In this document: piece after piece, positions 39,061 to 49,497 of the stretch
How positions within the stretch are numbered: the first letter of the stretch is position 1
Layout of the letters: the number at the start of each line of letters is the position of its first letter
Notes under the pieces: model-generated
Told to the model about the DNA's origin: nothing
Seen by the model: the letters and a program-made list of their open reading frames with translations, nothing else
Database searches by the model: none
Source: Candidatus Methanosuratincola verstraetei
Lineage (GTDB): Archaea > Thermoproteota > Methanomethylicia > Methanomethylicales > Methanomethylicaceae
Direction of reading: 5' to 3'
Assembly: GCA_049570475.1 (NCBI GenBank)
Contig: CP186953.1
Location: 608,001 to 672,000 of the forward strand
DNA length: 64,000 nucleotides
Position numbers and translations under genes: made by a program

Positions 39061-40158
39061 TCAACCGCAGGAAAGATACAATTCAAGAAGCTTTTTTGCG
39101 ACCACATCACTTCTGTATTTTTCGGCAGTTCTTTTAGCATTTGCAGCCAATTTTTCGCGAAGACTCTTGTCTGTCAAAGCGATAATTTTCTCCGCTATTT
39201 CTCGATGGTTGAACGGATTCACTAGAAGACCGTTAATGTTATCTTCGATGACGTAGGGCAAGCCTCCGACCCGCGAGGCGAGAACGGGAGTGCCGGATGC
39301 CAGGGATTCAAGAGCCGCCATTGGGAGCGTCTCCTGGAATGAAGTTAAGGCCACGAAGGAAGCTCTGGAGTAAAGGCGCACCATTTCTTTATAGGGGACT
39401 TTACCGAGGAACGCTGCATTCAAGCCATGCTTTTCCGCGAAATGCCTGAGCGTTGCATAATAACCGGAATCCCCGGAGCCAGCAAAAACTAACTTGTACC
39501 CTTTAAGCTCATTCTTAACTGAAGCGAAAGCCTTAAGGAAGCCAAGTTGGTTCTTTATTGCTTTTAGGGCTGCAGGGTATAGGATCATATCGTCTTGTTC
39601 TTTCTCTATTTCGAAGAACTCGTCCGAAACAGGATTTTCTATCACTACCGCCTTTTTGATATCAAATCCCATCGCTTCGAGCTCTTCAATAACATATGGA
39701 GAAATTGCTACAAACCTTGTAATCTTTGGGTAATAAAACCTCAGTCGCAACTCCCCAAGCTTTAGGTATAGTTTTGAGTACAGTTTGCTTTTGAAAAAGA
39801 TCTCTTTCCAAAAGATTCCATGAAGGGTAAAAATGGTTGGCGTATTAGAAAAGACGTATGGAAAAAGGTCGTAAATCCCGTGAGCGTGTACTATATCGAA
39901 CGTCTCTTTAGGTTTGTTAACCACTGCTTGGAGTTCCCCTGTAAAGGTAATTGGAGGGTAAGTTCTATAGCTGATTACTCGGATATATTTTGAAAATTTT
40001 TTATTAATATTGTCATTAAGTGATAGAAAAGTTATTTTAACACCATATTTCTCAAGTTCTTTCTGGATTTTTAAAAATCCCTTCAAAGTATTGCTAAGGA
40101 CTGTTGAAGGACCAAGATAAGGGTTAGAAATTTTTGACCCTATTATAAGAATCGTCAT
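39061..40158 (-). CDS. Glycosyltransferase family 4
   Basis: HAH, TLHG, KNQ, SFQETLPMAALESLASGTPV. Confidence 0.92.
   Translation of the reverse strand: MTILIIGSKISNPYLGPSTVLSNTLKGFLKIQKELEKYGVKITFLSLNDNINKKFSKYIRVISYRTYPPITFTGELQAVVNKPKETFDIVHAHGIYDLFPYVFSNTPTIFTLHGIFWKEIFFKSKLYSKLYLKLGELRLRFYYPKITRFVAISPYVIEELEAMGFDIKKAVVIENPVSDEFFEIEKEQDDMILYPAALKAIKNQLGFLKAFASVKNELKGYKLVFAGSGDSGYYATLRHFAEKHGLNAAFLGKVPYKEMVRLYSRASFVALTSFQETLPMAALESLASGTPVLASRVGGLPYVIEDNINGLLVNPFNHREIAEKIIALTDKSLREKLAANAKRTAEKYRSDVVAKKLLELYLSCG
39074..39713. repeat. 640-bp direct repeat, copy 1 (3' half of GT4)
   Basis: Matches 40183-40822 at a constant offset of 1109; encoded peptides are identical from VAISPYV to KKLLELYL. 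Confidence 0.9.
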
Positions 40159-40160
40159 AT

Positions 40161-41273
40161 TTAATACATATTTACTCTAGTTAGATACAATTCAAGAAGC
40201 TTTTTTGCGACCACATCACTTCTGTATTTTTCGGCAGTTCTTTTAGCATTTGCAGCCAATTTTTCGCGAAGACTCTTGTCTGTCAAAGCGATAATTTTCT
40301 CCGCTATTTCTCGATGGTTGAACGGATTCACTAGAAGACCGTTAATGTTATCTTCGATGACGTAGGGCAAGCCTCCGACCCGCGAGGCGAGAACGGGAGT
40401 GCCGGATGCCAGGGATTCAAGAGCCGCCATTGGGAGCGTCTCCTGGAATGAAGTTAAGGCCACGAAGGAAGCTCTGGAGTAAAGGCGCACCATTTCTTTA
40501 TAGGGGACTTTACCGAGGAACGCTGCATTCAAGCCATGCTTTTCCGCGAAATGCCTGAGCGTTGCATAATAACCGGAATCCCCGGAGCCAGCAAAAACTA
40601 ACTTGTACCCTTTAAGCTCATTCTTAACTGAAGCGAAAGCCTTAAGGAAGCCAAGTTGGTTCTTTATTGCTTTTAGGGCTGCAGGGTATAGGATCATATC
40701 GTCTTGTTCTTTCTCTATTTCGAAGAACTCGTCCGAAACAGGATTTTCTATCACTACCGCCTTTTTGATATCAAATCCCATCGCTTCGAGCTCTTCAATA
40801 ACATATGGAGAAATTGCTACAAGTGCAGCAATATGACTAGAGTAAAAAGTAAGTCTTAGAGTGTTTACTAAATTTGAATATTCGGATAAAAATTTATTAT
40901 TAATATATTTCTTTTCTTCCCAAAAAATTCCATGAAGTGTAAAAAATGTTGGAAACTTAATTATCCAAGGAAAAATCTCATACAATATATGCGAGTGAAC
41001 GGCATTAAATTTTTCTTTTGGAGAAAACAATAAAGACTGAATTTCATATGTGACAGTAACAAAAGGATAGCGATATCTCTTAACGCCCACTATTTTAATA
41101 TTTTCACTAAGCAGTTTGTCAACATTTTCATTTATTGACATAAAAGTTAGCTTTATACCATATTTTTCAAGTTTTTTATCTATTTTATAAAAACCTTTTA
41201 ATGTGTTGTTTAAAACTGCTGAAGGACCCAAGTAAGGCTTAGAAATGTTATTACCAATAATAAGAATCTTCAT
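40161..41273 (-). CDS. Glycosyltransferase family 4 (paralogue of the adjacent gene)
   Basis: Same GT4 motifs; divergent N-half, identical C-half. Confidence 0.92.
   Translation of the reverse strand: MKILIIGNNISKPYLGPSAVLNNTLKGFYKIDKKLEKYGIKLTFMSINENVDKLLSENIKIVGVKRYRYPFVTVTYEIQSLLFSPKEKFNAVHSHILYEIFPWIIKFPTFFTLHGIFWEEKKYINNKFLSEYSNLVNTLRLTFYSSHIAALVAISPYVIEELEAMGFDIKKAVVIENPVSDEFFEIEKEQDDMILYPAALKAIKNQLGFLKAFASVKNELKGYKLVFAGSGDSGYYATLRHFAEKHGLNAAFLGKVPYKEMVRLYSRASFVALTSFQETLPMAALESLASGTPVLASRVGGLPYVIEDNINGLLVNPFNHREIAEKIIALTDKSLREKLAANAKRTAEKYRSDVVAKKLLELYLTRVNMY
40183..40822. repeat. 640-bp direct repeat, copy 2
   Basis: See copy 1. Confidence 0.9.
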
Positions 41274-41274
41274 A

Positions 41275-43008
41275 TTAATTTCTATAATAAATTATAAACA
41301 CATCAGTGCAAGTATAAACAATTTTGACAGAACTAATCAGCTCATCAAATGTAGAATTTTGAACCACATATCCCGGCACTTCCTCGTATTTTGTAATACT
41401 TTTTCTTAAAAAGCAACAATCCGTCCAATAATTTTTTAGTTCATCCCATTCATCTGGTGGAATAAAAACAACTTGATTTGAGGCAGACGGTTGTATTTCA
41501 TAGTAATTTATCCTACTAAAATAACCAATTTTTGACAAACCTTGCCTAAGACCGCAGGCCGAACTCAAGCTATCAGCATAATTTAATGTAAATGTGCCTG
41601 CTGCCGCCCACTCAGATGGATAAAGACGAATGTCTTCTCCACCTCTTATGGGATAATTCCAGCTTTGGAAATCAACAGGACTCATTGTGATTCCAAAATT
41701 TATAATCAGAGTTAAAAATATGAAATATATTACTTTCTTCAATTTTCCTGAAAAATGTTTGGAAATAAAACCTACAAACGGGGCTGCACACATTAGACCA
41801 AAGAAATAAAGATATCGATCAAACAGATCTGTTCCATATTTTGGATCCAAAATATAGGGTAGAGCAGTAATAAACCCTATCGTGCCTACACTAAGATACA
41901 TTATGTATGCTAAAAATTTTCTCGAATTTCGGTATTTTCTTAAGAGCAAAATAAAAGAAAATGCTGTCAATAAAGCCCAAGAAATTGCCCCAGCCCATCT
42001 CAAAAACCTAACATAAAACGGCACCTCAATTCCTCCACCCGCAAAGTAGAAGTTGATTCCCCGAGACGGGTCTCCGATAACTATTGCTTCAAAAAGTAAT
42101 GTTAAACTAAACAGTATTGAATTTATAGTTTCCTCAAAAAAAAACAAAACATATATGATTAGGTTGATCGAATAAATACATAAAAGGTTAAAAAATCTTC
42201 TCGTGTAATTCGCACCATACAATAATACAATAAAGCAAAACAGCGTCAACCCAAAAATTGCTAATGCAATAACAGATAAATAAAAATGCGCAAATGAAAT
42301 CGCAATGGAGGCTATTGACCATAAAATTATGCATCCTACACCAATTCTTCTTTCTATAATGAGATACCTTAATATTATAAAACTCATAATTGCAAAATAT
42401 GTGATACTATAAATTGAATAGTGACCCCATATCAAAAAGAAAACTATCCAAGGAGAAAATAATAGAGACAAGTGACTAAATTTGAAAGACCGATAACCAA
42501 ATTGTTTTTCCAGCGGGTTATAAAGGAGACAAATCACAATAGGAATAATCAATCCTCCAATAACGCAGCCTAAATGTCTTAGACTTAATTCTAACGGAAC
42601 GCCAGTTATCCCTGAAAAAATAACAGAGAATACGGGAGCCACAGGTTGCTTTGCAACAAAAATTGCAGCATTAGAGTAATAATCTATAGGAGGGATACGA
42701 GAATAAGTAGCGATACCATTTGCAACTTGGTAGATAACATAATTATCTAAATATAAAGAAATAATTGATGGAGGGACCACAGATAAAAATGCTTCTTTTA
42801 TTAAAAAAGAAATAAAAGAAATTGTAAGCACATAACCGATTATATTTTTTGAAAAGAATGCAAATAAAACAATAGATAATGAAAGTAGTATGGCAATTAA
42901 ATAGAAGACATAAGTTGGTAACTTTTGTGGTAAAAAAGTTGATTCATAAATGAAGAATATAAATGTACAACTAATTAATATGTATAAGTATAAAATTCTA
43001 TTTTTCAT
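41275..43008 (-). CDS. Multi-pass membrane protein (about 12-13 TM), candidate glycan polymerase or GT-C-like enzyme
   Basis: Very hydrophobic, very AT-rich, soluble C-terminal domain, embedded among glycosyltransferases. Function is inferred from context only. Confidence 0.55.
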   Translation of the reverse strand: MKNRILYLYILISCTFIFFIYESTFLPQKLPTYVFYLIAILLSLSIVLFAFFSKNIIGYVLTISFISFLIKEAFLSVVPPSIISLYLDNYVIYQVANGIATYSRIPPIDYYSNAAIFVAKQPVAPVFSVIFSGITGVPLELSLRHLGCVIGGLIIPIVICLLYNPLEKQFGYRSFKFSHLSLLFSPWIVFFLIWGHYSIYSITYFAIMSFIILRYLIIERRIGVGCIILWSIASIAISFAHFYLSVIALAIFGLTLFCFIVLLYGANYTRRFFNLLCIYSINLIIYVLFFFEETINSILFSLTLLFEAIVIGDPSRGINFYFAGGGIEVPFYVRFLRWAGAISWALLTAFSFILLLRKYRNSRKFLAYIMYLSVGTIGFITALPYILDPKYGTDLFDRYLYFFGLMCAAPFVGFISKHFSGKLKKVIYFIFLTLIINFGITMSPVDFQSWNYPIRGGEDIRLYPSEWAAAGTFTLNYADSLSSACGLRQGLSKIGYFSRINYYEIQPSASNQVVFIPPDEWDELKNYWTDCCFLRKSITKYEEVPGYVVQNSTFDELISSVKIVYTCTDVFIIYYRN

Positions 43009-43030
43009 ATTTATTAATTAAAAATTTTTA

Positions 43031-44131
43031 TTACAATATTACTTTAAATTTTACTATATTAACCATATTAATAATATCATCATAACTAACTGCAGGATTA
43101 ACTGGCAACGAAAGAACATCTTCAGAACAGCGTTCAGCAGTTTTAATAAAATCATCCGAATAATCATTAAATAAAGGAATTTTGTGCAACGGAATTGGAT
43201 AGTAGACGGCAACTCCAAAACCCGCCTCGAGCAGCGAGGATTTTAGGGATTCTCTTTCTTTATTTGTTTTGCATTTTACGGTGAACAAATACCAGTTGTG
43301 CTTGTATCTACCAGGCACCTCAGGCAGTTTTAGGCTCGATCCATCAAGCATCTCCAGAAGCTGCGCCGCGTTCTTTTCCCTGGCAGAGAGAAAGCCCGGG
43401 AGGCGCTTTAGCTGGACCCTGCCCATCGCAGCCGCCATCTCGGTCATCCTGAAGTTCCCGCCGAGCATCACTGAGTCGTAACCCTTGACCTGCCCGTGGG
43501 TCCTAATCCTGCGGAGGCGCTCTGCCAGCTCATCGTCGTCCGTGATCACAGCCCCGCCCTCTCCCGTAGTCATTACCTTCCCGGGGTAGAAGCTGAAGCA
43601 TCCCATGTCCCCGAGCGTCCCCGCCATCCTCCCCTTGTATGAAGCGCCCTGCGCCTGGCAGGCATCCTCTATGACGGTTATGTCCCTCTGGCGGGCGATC
43701 TCGTTTATCTCGTCCATAGAAGCAGGCAACCCGTACAGGTCAACGGGGACCACTGCCTTCGTCCTCGGGGTGATCGCCCTCCTGAATTGCTCTGGGTCCA
43801 TATTGTATGTATCCGGATCGATGTCGACAAATACCGGCCTGGCGCCCACCAGGAGCACGGAGCTTGCGGTCGCCACGAATGTGAAGGACGGGACGATCAC
43901 CTCGTCCCCTGGACCGACTCCAGCAGCCATAAGCGCCATCTGGAGCGCGGCGGTACCGGAGTTGCATGCGACAGCGTGCTTCGCATTGCAGTAGGAGGCA
44001 AGCTCCTGCTCGAACGCCCTGCAGACTGACCCCCCCTCGGGGGCGGGGTTGGTGAGGGCGCCGCTCTCGATCACCTTCGCGACAGCCTCGATCTCTTCCT
44101 TCCCCAGAATCGGCTTGTTTATCGGTATCAT
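43031..44131 (-). CDS. DegT/DnrJ/EryC1/StrS aminotransferase (WbpE-like)
   Basis: NSGTAAL, PSFTFVAT, EDACQAQGA, FSFYPGKVMTTGEGG. Confidence 0.93.
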   Translation of the reverse strand: MIPINKPILGKEEIEAVAKVIESGALTNPAPEGGSVCRAFEQELASYCNAKHAVACNSGTAALQMALMAAGVGPGDEVIVPSFTFVATASSVLLVGARPVFVDIDPDTYNMDPEQFRRAITPRTKAVVPVDLYGLPASMDEINEIARQRDITVIEDACQAQGASYKGRMAGTLGDMGCFSFYPGKVMTTGEGGAVITDDDELAERLRRIRTHGQVKGYDSVMLGGNFRMTEMAAAMGRVQLKRLPGFLSAREKNAAQLLEMLDGSSLKLPEVPGRYKHNWYLFTVKCKTNKERESLKSSLLEAGFGVAVYYPIPLHKIPLFNDYSDDFIKTAERCSEDVLSLPVNPAVSYDDIINMVNIVKFKVIL

Positions 44132-44146
44132 ACGAATTCCACCCTG

Positions 44147-44851
44147 CTACTTTAAGGAAACGAAGTCCTTTTGCTTCCTGTCATATTCGTCCCTTCCCAT
44201 TACCCTCCTCGCGGGTACGCCCAGAACTACGTCGCCCGGGGGCACATCCCTCGTCACCACAGCGCCCGCCCCTACAACAGCTCCGGAGCCAACACGGATC
44301 CCGGCGATCAGGACGGCACGGCTCCCTATCACGGCGCCGCTCTCGATCACAACTCCGGAGGTCTTCGGCGAAGGAGGGTATCGGTCGTTGGTCACGGTCA
44401 CGTAAGGACCCATGAACACATCGGAGCCAACCACAGTACCGGGCGGCAAGTAGACTCCAGTCTGGATGCTGCACCTGCTCCCAATGCAGACGCTCCCGTC
44501 GACTACAGCAAAAGTCCCTATCCTAGCTCCTGCGCCGATCTCGCATTTTTCCCTCACAAGGACTCCGTGCCCGAGCTCAACCGCCTCCTCAAGCGAAGAG
44601 CCTTCGTATATCGTGGAGTTGGATCTGACTATGCAGCGGGGACCTACCTTTGCGCCAGAACTTGCGGCGTCGTACTCCAGAAACGATGCATTGGGCACCT
44701 GGAGGATCTTTCTACGGATGGGATAGCCGATGACCACGTTGTTCCCTATCACGGATCCACCGCCCACCTCGGAGGGGCCCAATACCACTGCTTCCCCCTC
44801 GATTGACCCTGACACCTTTGCTTTTTTCGATATAAAGAGCATCTTACTCAC
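44147..44851 (-). CDS. Hexapeptide-repeat N-acetyltransferase (WbpD-like)
   Basis: Left-handed beta-helix repeats; VFMGPYVTVTNDRYP, VGAGAVVTRDV...GVPAR. Confidence 0.9.
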   Translation of the reverse strand: MSKMLFISKKAKVSGSIEGEAVVLGPSEVGGGSVIGNNVVIGYPIRRKILQVPNASFLEYDAASSGAKVGPRCIVRSNSTIYEGSSLEEAVELGHGVLVREKCEIGAGARIGTFAVVDGSVCIGSRCSIQTGVYLPPGTVVGSDVFMGPYVTVTNDRYPPSPKTSGVVIESGAVIGSRAVLIAGIRVGSGAVVGAGAVVTRDVPPGDVVLGVPARRVMGRDEYDRKQKDFVSLK

Positions 44852-45929
44852 CAGAAGGACTTTTGCTCAGGACTTCCTCGTACACTTTAATCAGCTGCTT
44901 GGCTATGTTTTCCCAAGTGAACTGCCTGGCGTAATCACGAATCTTCTCACGGTCCCATTCCTTCTCAAGAGCGACCAATATCTTCTCCGCCAGGTCGTCG
45001 GGGTTGCCTGGCTCAGCCAGGAGGCCGTATTCGTCCGAGGTTATTATCTCAGGCACTCCGCCGACCCTTGTGCCCACGAAGGGGAGACCGACACCGAGGC
45101 TTTCGAACATGACTGTGGGGTTGCCCTCACTCAGGCTAGGTAAAACAAACAGATCGGCAGCATTCATCCATAGTGCCAGTTTATCATCTGGAATGAAACC
45201 CAAAAGCTTAATGTTATCTTCAAGTTTCAGTGCGATAATTTGTTTTTGAAGCTCGTGTTTTAATGGGCCTTTCCCACCGATAAAAAGCAGCACATCTTTG
45301 CGTTTTTCTAAAATCTTCTTCATTCCTATAATTAAATATTTTTGACCTTTTACAGGAAGAAGATTACTAACATGAAAAATTACTTTTTTATTATAGGGTA
45401 GACTCAAATATTTCCTTGCAAAAATGCAGTCAATTGGGAAAAGATTTTTTGGATTGAAACCATTTGATATAACTTTAACTTTTTCTATATAATTTATTTC
45501 ATTAATTATGATATTTTTCTGATTTTTAGATACAACAATAAAAAATTTTGATGATTCCATTACAAATTTAAAAAATTTATTTTTTATAATAAATTCAGAT
45601 GTTCGAGAATAATGAAAAGTCACTACTAAAGGAAAATTTACGATTTTTCTAACAATTGCTGCACTTATTGCAGGCAAGAAACCACCCATAGGACCGGATG
45701 CTTGTACATGAACTATATCAAAACCCCTACGAATGAAAATATTGATGAAGACCCCGAAACTTCTTTTATAAAATTTAATAAAATTAGCAATAAATCTTGG
45801 TTTTATAGAAGTCGTTACATTATAGACTTCAACCATTATCCCTAAACCCCGAAGTTCTCTCACCAATTCTTGAGAATGAGTCGAAACACCACCTGCTTTT
45901 CCAATTGGTGCGATCATTAAGACTTTCAT
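44844..45929 (-). CDS. Glycosyltransferase family 4
   Basis: GG..H, NG, KGQ, ADLFVLPSLSEGNPTVMFE; ATGA overlap with the upstream gene. Confidence 0.92.
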   Translation of the reverse strand: MKVLMIAPIGKAGGVSTHSQELVRELRGLGIMVEVYNVTTSIKPRFIANFIKFYKRSFGVFINIFIRRGFDIVHVQASGPMGGFLPAISAAIVRKIVNFPLVVTFHYSRTSEFIIKNKFFKFVMESSKFFIVVSKNQKNIIINEINYIEKVKVISNGFNPKNLFPIDCIFARKYLSLPYNKKVIFHVSNLLPVKGQKYLIIGMKKILEKRKDVLLFIGGKGPLKHELQKQIIALKLEDNIKLLGFIPDDKLALWMNAADLFVLPSLSEGNPTVMFESLGVGLPFVGTRVGGVPEIITSDEYGLLAEPGNPDDLAEKILVALEKEWDREKIRDYARQFTWENIAKQLIKVYEEVLSKSPSGE

Positions 45930-47149
45930 TTTTTTAGTGCCATTAGAAGATTTGTTAAAGCCAACATCATCCACGCCTGTCCCCAACGCATGTAAGGTAT
46001 TTTATTCGTAAATAAAGGATATTTGTGCGTGTAGAAGTATCCTTCATCATCTTGCATTTTTTCAATAGTATATAATGCAACTCTTTCAGCGAGTTCTAAG
46101 TATTTATAATCTCCAGTAAAGTCAAAGAGATTGGCAAATGTAATTATGCCTTGCGCTTGATTATGAATGTCAATTGGGTACTTAATAGGATACCTATAAT
46201 AGAAAGTCCCATTGCCTCGGTATTGCTTTTGACAGTAAAAATCAATTCCTTTTCCTAGTGCTGTCTTCATTTTTGAGGTTAGATCTGATTCTGCCACGCA
46301 ATCAAAAAAATGTATCAACCCATCAATAATGTAGCCTTGATGGAAGTCGACCTGCCAATATTGCAAATTATTTTTAAAGTAAATAGAATAAGGCCATGCA
46401 CCATCTTCACGCTGGTAATGCAGAAGAGTTCTTGCAACTTTTTTCCCAAGCTCTAAAAATTTCTTATTTTGGCTATGCTTGTAAAAATAAGAAAAAGCAT
46501 CTAGCGCCACAGCTGACGCATTCAGTACAATTTTAGTTTCCTCATATGGAGTGTACTTAAAGTAACAACCATATCCAGTTTTTGAAGTCAATAAATTGTA
46601 AAATAAGTAATTAATTCCCTTTTCTGCATATTCAAGGTATTGAGACTTTCCCAATACTTCATATGCCAAAACTGAAGATTTAACAAACTCCGTGGTACAG
46701 ATAATGTCAGGTACAGAGGGGGTCAAATAATGACCTGGTGCAAGGTATGTAAAATAATAACTTGAGCACGTATAATTATCTTTATTATTTAAAAGATTTC
46801 TTTCCTTTAAAATATCGAATAATTTAATTGCATTATCAAGAAATTCCTTTTCTTTTGTAATTAGATATAGTAAAAAGTAGGATCTTGAAAAAATGGCTAA
46901 AGCCTTGTTTGCACAACCCTTTTTTATGCCAAGTATTTTTCGTAAATTTACAAATGAATATAAATTAAATTGTAATAAAATTATATTTAAATATTTTATA
47001 TTATAATATCGTTGCATTTTTCCGCTTAAGCCATCATAAGGATCAAATCCAATATGATTTTCTTTTTTTACATAATTATATAAGTCATAAATAGATTTCT
47101 TAATAATTTTGCTTTTATAAACACACCCCATATTCCAATTATTTACCAT
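45926..47149 (-). CDS. Hypothetical (alpha/alpha)6-barrel-like protein of polysaccharide loci
   Basis: GFDPYDGL, QREDGAWPY, DFHQGY, IDIHNQAQGI, YMRWGQAWM; catalytic role unknown. Confidence 0.6.
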   Translation of the reverse strand: MVNNWNMGCVYKSKIIKKSIYDLYNYVKKENHIGFDPYDGLSGKMQRYYNIKYLNIILLQFNLYSFVNLRKILGIKKGCANKALAIFSRSYFLLYLITKEKEFLDNAIKLFDILKERNLLNNKDNYTCSSYYFTYLAPGHYLTPSVPDIICTTEFVKSSVLAYEVLGKSQYLEYAEKGINYLFYNLLTSKTGYGCYFKYTPYEETKIVLNASAVALDAFSYFYKHSQNKKFLELGKKVARTLLHYQREDGAWPYSIYFKNNLQYWQVDFHQGYIIDGLIHFFDCVAESDLTSKMKTALGKGIDFYCQKQYRGNGTFYYRYPIKYPIDIHNQAQGIITFANLFDFTGDYKYLELAERVALYTIEKMQDDEGYFYTHKYPLFTNKIPYMRWGQAWMMLALTNLLMALKK

Positions 47150-47312
47150 TTATAACCATAATTGTAGTTTAGTTTTATATCAAACATTTTTATTTGAAAA
47201 CCAATCTATACACAAAGAGTATAGAGTACTGAAGTATTTTGAGACTCAATAGCTTTAACCTTTTCATCTTGGCAAATCGCATACAATTGCGCGCGCATAA
47301 AATTACGCTTAG

Positions 47313-48392
47313 TCAAGCGCATAAAATATTTTTCATAATTTGCACAACCCTTGAGCTTGCGTCCCCATGTCCAAACCTGAAGCTGTAAGTCCCGCCGACT
47401 GGCTCAAATTTCCAAATCATATCCAATAAGAGGTCGTAATCATCACCCACTAAGATGTTCAACCCATCTTCAACTGTCTCTGGCCACTCAGTCACTTTTC
47501 TAAGAGTTATGCATGGCGTTTTAAAAGAGTAAGCCTCCTTTTGGACGCCGCCTGAATCTGTTATGATTTGTCTTGCGTTTTTTTCCAGAACAAGCATGTC
47601 AAAATAGCTTAGGGGTTTCGTCAAGATTATGTGATCCGCGTTTTTTAGTTTATCAAGCAGGCTATACTTTTCTAAAAATGCTTTAGTCCTCGGATGGATC
47701 GGGAAGATTGTTTTTCTTTTGCACTTTACCAAGCATTCAATTATGTTTTCAAGTCTTGCTCTATTATCAGTATTTTCTGCTCTATGAACTGTTACAAGCA
47801 AATAAGATTTCGCCTCAACGCCAAGTTCTTGAATTATTTTAGATTCTTTTTCAGCGATTGTTATGTTATGCAATAAAGCGTCAAGCATGACGTCGCCTGT
47901 CAGATAAACACCGTTTTTTATTCCCTCGTTGTAGAGGTTTTTTACGGCACGCTCAGTAGGAACGAATAGCAAATCACTAATATGATCTGTAAGAACCCTA
48001 TTTACTTCCTCAGGAACCGTTCTATCAAAACACCTCAAGCCAGCCTCTACATGCGCTACCCTTATTCGAAGCTTCGCGGCCGCAAGGGCACCTGCCAGCG
48101 TCGAGTTGGTGTCGCCATAGACAATGACCAGATCTGGGCTTTCCTTTATCAACACATCCTCTATTCGTTTGAGCATCTCACCTGTTTGGTAGCCATGAAA
48201 GCCTGACCCAACGCCCAGGTTGTAATCTGGGGGAGGTATGTTTAGCTGTTCGAAGAATATGCGGTCCATCTCGTAATCGTAGTGCTGACCTGTGTGTATT
48301 ACGATCTCCTCGAAATATTTTCGGAGCTCCCTTGACAAGGGTGCCATCTTGATGAATTGAGGGCGTGCCCCTACCACAGTCGCAACCCGCAT
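47313..48392 (-). CDS. wecB: Non-hydrolysing UDP-N-acetylglucosamine 2-epimerase family (WecB/WbpI-like)
   Basis: VGARPQFIK, HTGQHYD, GDTNST, HVEAGLR, TDSGGVQKEA. Confidence 0.95.
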   Translation of the reverse strand: MRVATVVGARPQFIKMAPLSRELRKYFEEIVIHTGQHYDYEMDRIFFEQLNIPPPDYNLGVGSGFHGYQTGEMLKRIEDVLIKESPDLVIVYGDTNSTLAGALAAAKLRIRVAHVEAGLRCFDRTVPEEVNRVLTDHISDLLFVPTERAVKNLYNEGIKNGVYLTGDVMLDALLHNITIAEKESKIIQELGVEAKSYLLVTVHRAENTDNRARLENIIECLVKCKRKTIFPIHPRTKAFLEKYSLLDKLKNADHIILTKPLSYFDMLVLEKNARQIITDSGGVQKEAYSFKTPCITLRKVTEWPETVEDGLNILVGDDYDLLLDMIWKFEPVGGTYSFRFGHGDASSRVVQIMKNILCA

Positions 48393-48393
48393 T

Positions 48394-49497
48394 TTACCTG
48401 AATTTGAACTGGATTTTCGAATCGGATTTGATTTCCTTGCAGCTTTCGGGATAGTTTTCGATAAACCAAGTCATGAACGACGAAATGTCAATTTTATCCT
48501 TCAATAAAACCTCGCGCCTTCTTGTCCATTCCTTTTTCAGACCATCATACTTTATCAATTCCTCTGCCAAGGAAATCGCTCTATTTCTATCGCAAATACT
48601 AAACAGAAGCCCGTATTTTTTTTCTAGCTCAAGGAAGTTACCCATTTCCCTTTTTTCGTCTACAAAATTGTTGCTTCGGATTGTGGGCGTGCCAAGAATG
48701 GCTGCCTCTGTAGCCATAGTTTGCGTATCGGTAACGAAAAGCTTGGCGTAGTATAGGAGGTCATGTATTCTTCTCTTGGGGATTTTGAGGACGTTCTTTT
48801 CGATTCGCTTTGGAACGCTCCCTTCGGCAGAGACGAAGACATGGGCGTGACGGTCAAGAGTTTCAACGAGCTTCACTTTTTGCTCTGAATTGAAGCCTGA
48901 GACCTGTAGATCGTGCACAGCATCGAAAGCATTGAATCTAAGGATAGCGAAGTCTTCGTTTCTTGAAATGCCCAAGAGATCGAATATGTCGTTGCTTGGT
49001 TGAAAGCAATTTGGGTGCAAGTAGGCGAGTTCCTTATAGCTGTTCACTCGGATATGTTTGCTCCCCAGGTCATCCAAGAATGAAGAAGGCGTAATAATCA
49101 CATCCGTTAAGGGTTTGAAAAGATCGTATTGAAAATGCAGTAGACGATGCGATCTGGGCTCGGAATCACTGAAGACAATGCTTTTAGATCCAGCAAATGC
49201 GGAAGCATATACGCTGTCGATGCCGAATCCTGTTACGACATCTGGATTTTGCCCGCGAAAAATCCTAACCGAACGCATAATGTCGACTGGGAAAAAAATC
49301 ATTTTTTGTAGCGAAGTGGGTCGCTGTTTTGAGAAGATTAGTGGATTAAAACCAAATTCTTGAGCTAATCGCAGAGTCTCTCCGTAATCCCTGAACAGCA
49401 TATTGACTTGGTTTCCTTTTTGCTCAAGCCTCTTGGCTATGTTTCGATAGAAATGCAGCTGTGCCGGGGTGTTCACAAAGATTGCTATTCGTTTCAT
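48394..49497 (-). CDS. DUF354-like GT-B fold protein
   Basis: NTPAQLHFY, SYKELAYLHP, TMATEAAILGTP. Confidence 0.8.
   Translation of the reverse strand: MKRIAIFVNTPAQLHFYRNIAKRLEQKGNQVNMLFRDYGETLRLAQEFGFNPLIFSKQRPTSLQKMIFFPVDIMRSVRIFRGQNPDVVTGFGIDSVYASAFAGSKSIVFSDSEPRSHRLLHFQYDLFKPLTDVIITPSSFLDDLGSKHIRVNSYKELAYLHPNCFQPSNDIFDLLGISRNEDFAILRFNAFDAVHDLQVSGFNSEQKVKLVETLDRHAHVFVSAEGSVPKRIEKNVLKIPKRRIHDLLYYAKLFVTDTQTMATEAAILGTPTIRSNNFVDEKREMGNFLELEKKYGLLFSICDRNRAISLAEELIKYDGLKKEWTRRREVLLKDKIDISSFMTWFIENYPESCKEIKSDSKIQFKFR

Noticed and set aside
39074-40822. GT4 repeat as a diversity-generating retroelement or invertase shufflon
   Set aside because: No reverse transcriptase or recombinase in the window, no adenine-specific mismatches between copies, and the repeats are direct, not inverted.
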